NCBI GenBank assembly: GCA_050297535.1 | Contig: JBNKSV010000004.1 | Coordinates: 17,313 to 81,312 of the forward strand | Source of the DNA: Sedimenticolaceae bacterium | GTDB taxonomy: Bacteria > Pseudomonadota > Gammaproteobacteria > Chromatiales > Chromatiaceae | Direction: 5' to 3' | DNA: 64,000 bases | Part shown: positions 1 to 8,450 of the stretch, in pieces | How positions within the stretch are numbered: position 1 is the stretch's first letter | Layout of the letters: each line of letters begins with the position of its first letter | Translations under genes and position numbers: made by a program | Notes under the pieces: generated by a model | What the model was told of the DNA's origin: nothing | The model's database searches: none | Seen by the model: the letters and a program-made list of their open reading frames with translations, nothing else

Positions 1-915
1 CGGACGCAATCTCCCTCCCGAGTTAGCGCTTATCTTGTCTATCTCCTTCTCCAGTATTCCTACTAATTTATCTGCATGTAAGATCCAGCCGATCTTGATC
101 TGCTTTATCGCATCAACTCCTGCCACATAGGGCGGAGCATCTTTTGTTGCATCCACTACAAACGCCGGAGAAGATATCCCTTCTGCCGCGGGAACTAATT
201 CCGTCTCAGACAACCATGTCTCGAGGATCTCGTTCACCTTGTTAGCCTCACCACGGAGCAAGCTGTTCGGATCCGCAAGCGCCAACAAGAGGCTCCTTTT
301 GTAAATATCATCGATAGTCATATGACCAACAAAATCATCTGAGTCCTCCGTCTCCTTGCGCTGTAGTTCATTGGTCACCGCGTAATAATAGAAACCGTGC
401 ATCTCCTTCCATACAAACCTTGGGGTCGCACGGTATATGGAATATGTATGCAACAAAATCTCCCCAAGGAAATACAACGCATGACGCACCGCCTCAGAGC
501 GACCGCGCTTATGCAAGAGATACCCGGTAAAAGAGTCATCGTGAAATTGCGCAAGGACCGTTTTATAGGCCACAACCACATTAACCAATAGCTCCAGGTG
601 TAATCTGGCAATCAGTCTATTTTCCTTGGAAAGAGGCACCGGCCTGCCGGAAAAATGCACCGACAATTTTGACAGCACATACCCCAAAGTAGGAAGCATG
701 AGCTGGATAGCATCCAGGCGCTCAACAGGGGACATTTCCAGGCGATTCTGCCTGTTTATTTCATGATGCAATGAGCGGGCTATCTTGCCTACGTCGCCGA
801 TTGGAAGGTCAGATATCCACTGCTTGAATTTCTTACGATCATACTCATCTTCCAGGTTATCCGGGTTGGTTCGCAGCGGCAGAATAAAAGGATTAGCTGG
901 TTTTACCATAGTCAT
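1..915 (-). CDS. Large PilZ-like protein, paralog A (N-terminal ~305 aa only; C-terminus lies beyond window start)
   Basis: Absent from the ORF track because it runs off the window edge. Hand translation of the minus strand from ATG 915 is uninterrupted: MTMVKPANPFILPLRTNPDNLEDEYDRKKFKQWISDL...YKTVLAQFHDDSFTG...LYFLGEILLHTYSIY...IYKRSLLLALADPNSLLRGE... It is colinear with and clearly homologous to the 1096..2910 product. Confidence 0.8.
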   Translation of the reverse strand, partial: MTMVKPANPFILPLRTNPDNLEDEYDRKKFKQWISDLPIGDVGKIARSLHHEINRQNRLEMSPVERLDAIQLMLPTLGYVLSKLSVHFSGRPVPLSKENRLIARLHLELLVNVVVAYKTVLAQFHDDSFTGYLLHKRGRSEAVRHALYFLGEILLHTYSIYRATPRFVWKEMHGFYYYAVTNELQRKETEDSDDFVGHMTIDDIYKRSLLLALADPNSLLRGEANKVNEILETWLSETELVPAAEGISSPAFVVDATKDAPPYVAGVDAIKQIKIGWILHADKLVGILEKEIDKISANSGGRLRP

Positions 916-1095
916 AAAACAACCCCTGATGCCATAGGGCGCAGACACTGCAAACGCCCGACCGTCCAGATAACTCTCAAAGAGATGGTTATAGTATAAA
1001 CACTATGTTTAGCTTATTATGAAAAATATCAAAAAAGAAGCCTGTGGCCATCCCGCAGCCACACAGCTGATCTGAGAAGGTCCTACCTGATTTTA

Positions 1096-2817
1096 TTAAT
1101 CAGGCAGCTGAGAGACTTTAAACCTTACGAACGAATCTGTACTCTCGATGATGTTTAGGAGATTAACGGGGAATCTGTCGTTGTCTGTTATAACGCTATA
1201 CTCGTCTTCCTTCTTTCCATAGAAAGGTGGCGCAATCAAGCTGGCATAATTTCCTTCGCCCATCTGCAAAAAACCTTTTATGCTTTCTGCATATTGCGCA
1301 CCACTTTGTCTACGCTGCAAAACAACCGGTTCGACAATGCCATTCAACAACTCAACGCCCAACCCAAGAAATCCTGGCTTTTCCGAGTTCATCCAGCGAA
1401 TCACGCCGATACTCAGATCCAAGGTATCCTCGTTACGTTTGTTCGAATTGATTCCGACCAGCTCTCCCACACGGGCACCATCATCGCCGCTGTCCGGCCA
1501 ATTCAGATAATAGCCATTCTCGCTTTTATTCGTGGTAATACACTCTTTAGAGACAAACCTGATCTGCTCCTTCTTTTGTGGGCAACGCACCTCTTCAGTA
1601 ACGTTTCGGAATTCAACCACTCCGGGAGAAACCTCTACCAAGGGTTCGTAATTCATCAATATCCCGGTATCCAGATGAAACGAGTTCGACTGAGAGTGTC
1701 CGTCATCTGATGCGTCCTGATCCTGAGCTGCCGCAAACAACCCTTCGCCGCCACGCTTCAGATAGATAGAATCCAGGCCGCAAACCAGTTCCACTGTATC
1801 TGTGACGCTATCCCGTAACGCCCGCGGCCTTATCTGTTGTGCCCAGGCAGCATACAATTTCTTCATCAATCTTATGTGGCTGGCATCGGCCGGGCGCATA
1901 CTGCCAGCATACAGTTTGCCTCCCTCATGTTCGGCTATCTTCTTATCCAGCATGTCGGCGAGCTTGTCCGTAACCATGGTCCATCCGACAACGACACTGT
2001 CTTTCCTACACAAATTTGGATCATAGGGCATGTCGTCACTTTTGGCGTCAATCCAGAAAAACGATTCCGCCGTAACCTGCTTTTTTATCGAAATCAGCTT
2101 GGCCAGAGATGCCCAGTTCTCTAAGGCGGCATAGACCTTTTCCACCTCCCCCCTAAGCATTGACCTGGGATTTGCCAGAGACAGCAAAAGCACCCTTTTA
2201 TAGATCTCGTCAATACCGAGCTGATTGAGCCGCTTCCTGTTTGCCTCGGTCTGGCCCACAACACGCAACTCATTGATTACCGAGTAGTAATATATACCGT
2301 GCAGTTCCTTCCAGGTGTAACTAGGACTTGTCTGGTAAGTCACATAGGAATGGAGAAGGATCTCGCCAAGATAATAAAGAGCGCCCCGTAGCGCTTCCGA
2401 TCGGATAGGTCTATGAAACATCTGCCCCGTAACGGTGGAATCATGTAACTGCGCCAGTACGGTCTTATAGCATCTTACGATCTGGATCATAATATCCAGC
2501 CGCAGATCCGCCACCATGCCTGCCTGAATACCTAAAGGTACGGTCTTTCTAAGATAGCTCTTCTTTAGATAATCCAGGGCAAAATCCAGGGATGGCTGCA
2601 GCAGATCCAGGATTTCCAATCTGTTTATGGGGGGGACTTCAAGCTGGTTAAGCCGATCCAGCTTGTCATATAGTGCAAATGCGGTCTTTTCAGTATCGTT
2701 TATGGATATATCATCAATCCATTGTTTGATCTTCTTCCTGCTAAACTCATCTTTCGATCTGAGAGAGCTGGTTCTCCTCGGCAGCAGAAATGGATTATCG
2801 CCCTTGGCCCTAATCAC
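1096..2817 (-). CDS. Large PilZ-like protein, paralog B (unknown ~450-aa N-terminal domain plus C-terminal PilZ-type domain)
   Basis: Long ORF. The C-terminus has NKSENG ([DN]xSxxG, nt 1513-1530) followed by VGELVGI..IGVIRW..LGLGVELL, typical of a PilZ beta-barrel. I prefer the GTG start at 2817, which is preceded by AGGGAGG 6 nt upstream and aligns with the paralog A N-terminus. The track ATG at 2910 adds 31 unconserved residues. Confidence 0.75.
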   Translation of the reverse strand: MIRAKGDNPFLLPRRTSSLRSKDEFSRKKIKQWIDDISINDTEKTAFALYDKLDRLNQLEVPPINRLEILDLLQPSLDFALDYLKKSYLRKTVPLGIQAGMVADLRLDIMIQIVRCYKTVLAQLHDSTVTGQMFHRPIRSEALRGALYYLGEILLHSYVTYQTSPSYTWKELHGIYYYSVINELRVVGQTEANRKRLNQLGIDEIYKRVLLLSLANPRSMLRGEVEKVYAALENWASLAKLISIKKQVTAESFFWIDAKSDDMPYDPNLCRKDSVVVGWTMVTDKLADMLDKKIAEHEGGKLYAGSMRPADASHIRLMKKLYAAWAQQIRPRALRDSVTDTVELVCGLDSIYLKRGGEGLFAAAQDQDASDDGHSQSNSFHLDTGILMNYEPLVEVSPGVVEFRNVTEEVRCPQKKEQIRFVSKECITTNKSENGYYLNWPDSGDDGARVGELVGINSNKRNEDTLDLSIGVIRWMNSEKPGFLGLGVELLNGIVEPVVLQRRQSGAQYAESIKGFLQMGEGNYASLIAPPFYGKKEDEYSVITDNDRFPVNLLNIIESTDSFVRFKVSQLPD

Positions 2818-3213
2818 GGCTAACCTCCCTGAAATAACAGAAACCTTCCGCTTTAGAATAACAATGGAGTATATACTCCAGCTTGAGCTAGACAATATAT
2901 TTTGTGACAAACTGTAGCAATATCCTGACTAATCCTGTAATCCATCTGAAAAAGACTACAAAAAAGGAAAAAAAGTCCCATCGCCTAGGCAATATCCATA
3001 TATAGCCTCTATTAGCACATTTGAAAATTCGATAACATTAATGCGGCTTTTATATAGCGGGATCAGGCGAAGGATAGTATCTTATTCTGCCTGTGTTTTG
3101 AGCCCTATAAAATGGAGTTCGACACCTCGCAACGACCCGAATCGCACTAAAAAACGCGCAACATTCAGGTCCAGAATTTTATAACGACCATATTCCGCAA
3201 CGGAGGAATATCC

Positions 3214-4500
3214 ATGACGGAAGTAATCGCAACCAGCCAGACCATCCTGGTGGTTGGCGGCGGGATCAGCGGTCTCACCGCTGCCCTGGAGGCCGCTGAG
3301 ACAGGTAAGCAGGTAGTACTGGTAGAGAAGCGCCCATACGTAGGTGGCCGCGTGACCCAACTCTATAAATATTTCCCTAAGCTTTGTTTTCCGACTTGTG
3401 GCCTGGAGATCAACCAGCGCCGGGCCAAGATGAACCCCAATCTCAAGGTCATCACCATGGCCGAGGTCACAGACATCCAGGGTGAGGCCGGCGATTACAC
3501 CGCTACGATCAAGATCAGCCCCCGTTACGTCAACGACAGCTGCACCGCCTGCGGCGACTGCAACAAGGCAGTCGAAACCGAATTTGATGACGAATTCAAC
3601 TACGGCATGGGCAAACGCAAGGGCGCATATCTGCCGCATCGCATGGCCTATCCACAGCAGTATGTGATCGACCCGCAGATCATCGGCACCGATGAGGCAG
3701 AAAAGGCCAAGGCCGCATGTAAGGCTAACGCCGTCGATCTGGAGATGCAGGAAGAGAGCGTATCTTTCAAGGTGGGCGCCGTAGTTTGGGCCACCGGCTG
3801 GCAGCCATATGACGCCAACAAGATACAGCCCTACGGTTATGACCGCTTTGCCAACGTAATCACCAACGTGGAATTCGAACGCATGGCCGACCCCAACGGC
3901 CCTACCGGCGGCAAGATCATCAGGCCATCCGATGGCGGCGAGGCCAAAAACATCGCCTTTATCCAGTGCGCCGGTTCCCGTGACCATAACCACCTGCTGC
4001 ACTGCTCACGCATCTGCTGCATGGCCACCCTGAAGCAGACCCACTATGTGCAGGGCGCCTTGGGTGATGATGGTAAATCGACTATTTACTATATAGATAT
4101 ACGCGCTATCGACCGTTTCGAAGAGTTCTACGCCAAGGTCAAGGCCAACCCCAACGTTAGCTTCGTGAAGTCCAAGGTTGCTTCCATCGTAGAGAACCGG
4201 GACAACAAAAACCCGATCTTGCATGGCGTTAATACCGAGGGCTATCAGCGCTACGCCAACGAACACGACCTGGTGGTCCTGGCCGTAGGCATGCAGCCAA
4301 GCGTAGACAAAGACGCATTCCCGGTAGACATCCAGATCAACCAGGAAGGCTTTATCGAGCCTGCCCCGGAGAACGGAGGCGTCTTCGCCGCTGGCTGCGC
4401 CTCGGACGCGCTGGACGTGAACCGCGCCGCCCAGCAGGCCACCGGCGCTGCCCTGCGCGCCATCCAAGTTGTCAACCGCGTTGCCGGAACGGAGGGTTAA
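3214..4500 (+). CDS. qmoA: QmoA, HdrA-like FAD/FeS flavoprotein of the quinone-interacting membrane-bound oxidoreductase family
   Basis: Contains the VVGGGISGLTAALEAAETG dinucleotide fold. It is ~428 aa and HdrA-like, sits directly upstream of a QmoB-type gene, and has a GGAGGA RBS before the ATG. Confidence 0.8.
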   Translation: MTEVIATSQTILVVGGGISGLTAALEAAETGKQVVLVEKRPYVGGRVTQLYKYFPKLCFPTCGLEINQRRAKMNPNLKVITMAEVTDIQGEAGDYTATIKISPRYVNDSCTACGDCNKAVETEFDDEFNYGMGKRKGAYLPHRMAYPQQYVIDPQIIGTDEAEKAKAACKANAVDLEMQEESVSFKVGAVVWATGWQPYDANKIQPYGYDRFANVITNVEFERMADPNGPTGGKIIRPSDGGEAKNIAFIQCAGSRDHNHLLHCSRICCMATLKQTHYVQGALGDDGKSTIYYIDIRAIDRFEEFYAKVKANPNVSFVKSKVASIVENRDNKNPILHGVNTEGYQRYANEHDLVVLAVGMQPSVDKDAFPVDIQINQEGFIEPAPENGGVFAAGCASDALDVNRAAQQATGAALRAIQVVNRVAGTEG

Positions 4501-4504
4501 GAAA

Positions 4505-6757
4505 GTGGCAGACGAAAAGAAATTTGCTGGTTATATCTGCACCGGTTGCGGCATAGGCGAGCGCCTTGATGCCGGACAGCTGGAGACCACCGCCACCCGC
4601 GACGGCAAGATGCAGAGCTGCAAACAGCATGAGATGTTGTGCAGCAAGGAAGGCGTGCAGATGATCCGTGACGACATCGCCAACGAAGGCGTCACCCATA
4701 TCATGATCGCCGCCTGCTCTCGCCGCGCCAAGGTAGAGGCATTCAACTTCACCGACGTAGCCATGTCCCGCGCCAACCTGCGCGAGGGTGTTATCTGGGT
4801 CCGTCCGGACAGCGACGAGAATCGCGAGACCACCCAGGAGATGGCGGACGACTACATCCGCATGGCCTGTGCCGAGGTAAAGGCCATGAAGGTGCCTACC
4901 ATGTCAGGCGAACAGGGCCTAACCAAGAATATCCTGGTGGTAGGTGGTGGCATCACCGGCATGAGTGCGGCCCTGGAGGCAGCAGCAGCCGGTTATCAGG
5001 TGACTATTGTAGAAAAGAGCGGCGCCCTGGGCGGACACGTAGCTAACTACTACAAGTCCATCCCCTCCCGCGCCCCCTTCGCTGAACCACAGGCTACCGG
5101 CCTGGCCGAGATGATCGCAGCGATTGAGGCCAACACCAAGATAACCGTGCATCTGAACAGCACTATGGCCAAAATCCAGGGCGCACCAGGCCGCTTTAAG
5201 GCCCAGATAGCGACCGAATCCGGATCTATTACAGAATCCGATTTCGGTGCCATCATCCAGGCCACCGGTTTTAACCTGTACGACCCGTCCGAACTCGGCA
5301 ACCTTAATTACGCCAATAGCCCAGACGTCATCACCAACGAAGAGTTTGAGAAACTGGCCAAAGAGGCCAACGGTGGCCCGATCAAACGCCCATCCGATGG
5401 CCGCGAGGTATCAGCCGTAACCTTCGTCCAGAATGTAGGCCAATGTTCCGGGGAAGATGGCAAGCTGAAATACCACTCCGGTATCGGCGACCTGATCGCC
5501 ATCAAGCAGGCCATGTACCTGAAAGAATTGAATGGCGACTGCGATACCACCATCATCTTCAACAACTTGCGCACCCCCGGTGCCCCTGGTGAGGATTTCT
5601 ACCGCGCCGCTCAGGAGAAGATGGTCACCTTCACCAAAGGTGATGTGGCCGAGGTGGTTCCGGGCGATACCCTGGCGGTCAAGTTCAAGGACCTGATCCT
5701 GAACGAAGACACCCAGATGGAGACAGATCTAGTAGTCTTAGATGTGGGCATGGTACCCAATACCGGGCCAGATCCCTACGCCCTGCTGGCGCTGGAGGAG
5801 ATTGAGGATGCGGCCGAGCGTGACGCGAAAAAGGCCGAGATCCTGGCGGTAGCGCCACCTTCGATTCTCAATCTGGACTATCGTCAAGGCACCGATCTGC
5901 CACACCTGAGCAACGGATTTACCGATTCGCACTTCATCTGCTTCCCGTATGAGACCCGCCGCACCGGTATCTACGCAGCTGGTCCGGTGCGCCGCCCCAT
6001 GGACATACGTCAGGCCAAAGACGATGCAGCCGGTGCCGCCATGAAGGCGATCCAGGCGACGGAGAACGCCAGCCAGGGCCGTGCCGCTCACCCTCGGGTC
6101 GGCGACCTCTCCTACCCAATATTCCGCAAAGAGGGCTGCACCCAGTGCAAACGTTGCACCGTGGAGTGTCCGTTCGGCGCTATCAATGAGGACGAGAAGA
6201 CCTATCCGGTATTCAACGAATCCAGATGCCGCCGTTGCGGCACCTGTATGGGCGCCTGCCCGGTACGCGTGATCTCCTTCGAGAACTATTCGGTGGAGAC
6301 CGTAAACCAGCAGATAAAGAACTGCGACATGCCGGAAGAGTTCGATGAGAAACCGCGCATCCTGGTCCTAGCCTGTGAAAATGACGCCATTCCCGCCCTG
6401 GATCAAGCTGGTATGAACGGCGTAGAGATCAACCCCTGGGCCCGCGTCATCCCGGTACGTTGTTTGGGTTCAGTCAGCCTCTCCTGGGTGACGGATGCGC
6501 TCAACAGCGGCTACGACGGCATCGTAATGATGGGATGTCAAACCGGCGACGACTACCAGTGCCACTTCGTGCGTGGCTCCGCAATGGCGATCGAGCGCAT
6601 GAGTAAGGTGGGAGATACCCTGGAGACCTTGAACCTGGAGCCGGAGCGTGTGGTGGTATATGAAGTAGCCATTACCGATATCCAACGCGCACCCAAACTG
6701 ATCAACGACATGGCTGAGACCATAGAAAAGATCGGCTTGAGTCCATTCAAGTTCTAG
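4505..6757 (+). CDS. qmoB: QmoB, HdrA-like flavoprotein with two ferredoxin-type clusters and a C-terminal MvhD-like domain
   Basis: Contains VVGGGITGMSAALEAAAAG, CTQCKRCTVECP and CRRCGTCMGACP, plus an MvhD-like tail (ILVLACENDA...MMGCQTGDDYQCHF). GTG 4505 with GGAGGG 9 nt upstream is preferred over the TTG 4469 of the track, which overlaps the qmoA end. Confidence 0.8.
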   Translation: MADEKKFAGYICTGCGIGERLDAGQLETTATRDGKMQSCKQHEMLCSKEGVQMIRDDIANEGVTHIMIAACSRRAKVEAFNFTDVAMSRANLREGVIWVRPDSDENRETTQEMADDYIRMACAEVKAMKVPTMSGEQGLTKNILVVGGGITGMSAALEAAAAGYQVTIVEKSGALGGHVANYYKSIPSRAPFAEPQATGLAEMIAAIEANTKITVHLNSTMAKIQGAPGRFKAQIATESGSITESDFGAIIQATGFNLYDPSELGNLNYANSPDVITNEEFEKLAKEANGGPIKRPSDGREVSAVTFVQNVGQCSGEDGKLKYHSGIGDLIAIKQAMYLKELNGDCDTTIIFNNLRTPGAPGEDFYRAAQEKMVTFTKGDVAEVVPGDTLAVKFKDLILNEDTQMETDLVVLDVGMVPNTGPDPYALLALEEIEDAAERDAKKAEILAVAPPSILNLDYRQGTDLPHLSNGFTDSHFICFPYETRRTGIYAAGPVRRPMDIRQAKDDAAGAAMKAIQATENASQGRAAHPRVGDLSYPIFRKEGCTQCKRCTVECPFGAINEDEKTYPVFNESRCRRCGTCMGACPVRVISFENYSVETVNQQIKNCDMPEEFDEKPRILVLACENDAIPALDQAGMNGVEINPWARVIPVRCLGSVSLSWVTDALNSGYDGIVMMGCQTGDDYQCHFVRGSAMAIERMSKVGDTLETLNLEPERVVVYEVAITDIQRAPKLINDMAETIEKIGLSPFKF

Positions 6758-6850
6758 AGCAAGCAATATGTAACCGGACAGGAGGTCCGGTTGCGGCTTC
6801 CAGCAGAAAGCCGTTTCCAGCCCAGGAAGGCGTATTTAGAGGATAACAAC

Positions 6851-7474
6851 ATGAGCGACATGAATATGGCTATGTCAAACAAGTATCGCATCAACTTCCT
6901 CAAGGAGGTTGAAGAGAACGTAGAAGAGGGCGAATGGGTCAAGATGTGCATGCAGTGCGGCGTCTGCGCCGGCTCCTGCCCATTCGGCAAACACTGGGAC
7001 CACCCACCTCAGGAGATCTTTATGATGATCCGGGCCGGCAAGCGGGAAGAGGTCCTTACGTCCGAGTCCATGTGGATGTGTACCTCATGCTACAACTGTA
7101 TAGCGCGCTGCCCACGCGGCCTGCCCATCACCCACATCATGCACGGCCTAGCCCACTACGCCAAACGCCAAGGCATGGTGCCGGAGAATCAGCAGACCAA
7201 CAAATTTGCCCAGTTGTTCTGGAAGAACCTTACCAACAAGGGGCGCAGCAATGAGCTGAAGCTCGGCATCAGCCTCTATTTTATGAACGGTATTGCCGAA
7301 GGCATCAAGGTTGCCATGGGTAACGCCAAGCTAGGCCTGAACATGCTCAAGACCAAACGCATGAATGTCGCCGAACTACTGGGCGGCCACGGCTGTGAAG
7401 ACGCCAACGGTCTGCACAAAATCATCCAAAAAGCCCAGGAACTGGAAGACGCCCGCACCCAGGGCAAGAATTGA
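6851..7474 (+). CDS. hdrC: HdrC-like iron-sulfur subunit (soluble; takes the place of QmoC)
   Basis: Two CxxCxxCxxxCP motifs (CMQCGVCAGSCP, CTSCYNCIARCP) and no hydrophobic stretch long enough for a TM helix. The ATG at 6851 after AGAGGA is preferred to TTG 6791. Confidence 0.75.
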   Translation: MSDMNMAMSNKYRINFLKEVEENVEEGEWVKMCMQCGVCAGSCPFGKHWDHPPQEIFMMIRAGKREEVLTSESMWMCTSCYNCIARCPRGLPITHIMHGLAHYAKRQGMVPENQQTNKFAQLFWKNLTNKGRSNELKLGISLYFMNGIAEGIKVAMGNAKLGLNMLKTKRMNVAELLGGHGCEDANGLHKIIQKAQELEDARTQGKN

Positions 7475-7490
7475 GCGAGGATTAATCATC

Positions 7491-8387
7491 ATGGCTAAAG
7501 AGTATTCGTTTTATCCCGGCTGTTCCTCGCAAAAGGGGGCATCTGCATCCAACCTCATGACCTCGGCGCGCACCATGTGTGAGGAGCTGGACATAACCCT
7601 GAACGACATCCCTGACTGGAACTGCTGTTCCGCCTCCATCGGTTATGCCGGTGGCGGTGAACTGCCACGCCTGATCCTGTCGGCTCGTAACATTGCCCTA
7701 TCGGAAAAGCACAACCCGGATCAGGACATAGTCGCCACCTGCGCCGCCTGCTGGCTGGCCACCCGTGAGGCCCAGGAGCGCCTGGAACACGATGAGCAGA
7801 TGATGCAGGAGGCCAACGTGGCCCTGGCCGAGGGCGATCTTAAGCTAGAGAACGCACGCCCTGCCAAACACATGGTTGAGGTCATTCTGGAAGATATCGG
7901 TCTGGATGCGGTCAAGGCCAAGGTCAAGAAACCCCTTACCGGCCTCAAGATTGCAGGTTATGTGGGGTGTCAAACCAACCGTCCGTTTGGCATCCGGGGA
8001 GAATCCTTTGAAAACCCGGTCTATCTGGACCAGATGATTGAGGCGGTAGGCGCGGAAGCGATCACCGACTATGACAAAAAGGTACAATGCTGCGGTGGTG
8101 CGCTGGCATTTTCCGAACCGGAAAAATCCTTTGAGTTGATCCATGGCATAATCGAATCCGCAGTCAATGCCGGAGCAGACATGATTGTTACCCCATGTCC
8201 GGTATGCCAGATGAATGTTGAGGTCTATCAGGACCAGATTAACGCCCGCTTTGGCTCCAAATTTAACATGCCTGTGGTCTACTACAGCCAGCTGATGGCT
8301 GTGGCATTTGGACGTTCCGCCAAGGATGCGGCACTGGACGGACAGGTAATCAAGGCCAAGCAGTTGGAGGAGATCGCTGCAAAGTAG
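7491..8387 (+). CDS. hdrB: HdrB-like CCG-domain subunit
   Basis: MAKEYSFYPGCS..., NCCSAS and QCCGGAL CCG-type cysteine motifs, and PCPVCQ. The ATG at 7491 follows GAGCGAGGA. The track start at 7365 overlaps hdrC in another frame. Confidence 0.75.
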   Translation: MAKEYSFYPGCSSQKGASASNLMTSARTMCEELDITLNDIPDWNCCSASIGYAGGGELPRLILSARNIALSEKHNPDQDIVATCAACWLATREAQERLEHDEQMMQEANVALAEGDLKLENARPAKHMVEVILEDIGLDAVKAKVKKPLTGLKIAGYVGCQTNRPFGIRGESFENPVYLDQMIEAVGAEAITDYDKKVQCCGGALAFSEPEKSFELIHGIIESAVNAGADMIVTPCPVCQMNVEVYQDQINARFGSKFNMPVVYYSQLMAVAFGRSAKDAALDGQVIKAKQLEEIAAK

Positions 8388-8410
8388 CAGTACCACCTAG
8401 GTGACCAAAG

Positions 8411-8441
8411 AAAAAAGCCCTCTTTACGAGGGCTTTTGTTT
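8411..8441. terminator. Bidirectional rho-independent terminator between convergent hdrB and the GGDEF-EAL gene
   Basis: AAGCCCTC / GAGGGCTT stem (8415-8422 / 8428-8435) with loop TTTAC. It is flanked by an A-run on the left and a T-run on the right, so a U-tract is available on both strands. Confidence 0.75.
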
Positions 8442-8450
8442 GCCTAATCA

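Noticed and set aside
375-611. 78-aa (minus) and 64-aa (plus) ORFs listed in the track near the window start
   Set aside because: Both are off-frame or antisense within the hand-translated, paralog-supported PilZ-like gene that spans 1..915.
2818-2910. 31-codon N-terminal extension of PilZ-like paralog B
   Set aside because: Paralog A starts at the position equivalent to GTG 2817, and AGGGAGG precedes that GTG. The extension (MSQNILSSSSWSIYSIVILKRK...) has no counterpart in the paralog.
3082-4002. 306-aa minus-strand ORF overlapping the qmoA start and body
   Set aside because: It is antisense to qmoA, has a G/A/V/L-rich sequence without motifs, and has no RBS. The sense-frame product has a clear FAD fold.
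4469-4504. TTG-initiated 12-codon N-terminal extension of qmoB overlapping the qmoA end
   Set aside because: The in-frame GTG at 4505 has a GGAGGG Shine-Dalgarno sequence at the proper distance and starts just after the qmoA stop. The extension has no support.
7365-7490. N-terminal extension of hdrB from the track (start 7365) overlapping the hdrC 3' end
   Set aside because: The ATG at 7491 follows a purine-rich RBS and begins with the conserved MAKEYSFYPGC. The extension reads through the hdrC coding region in another frame.
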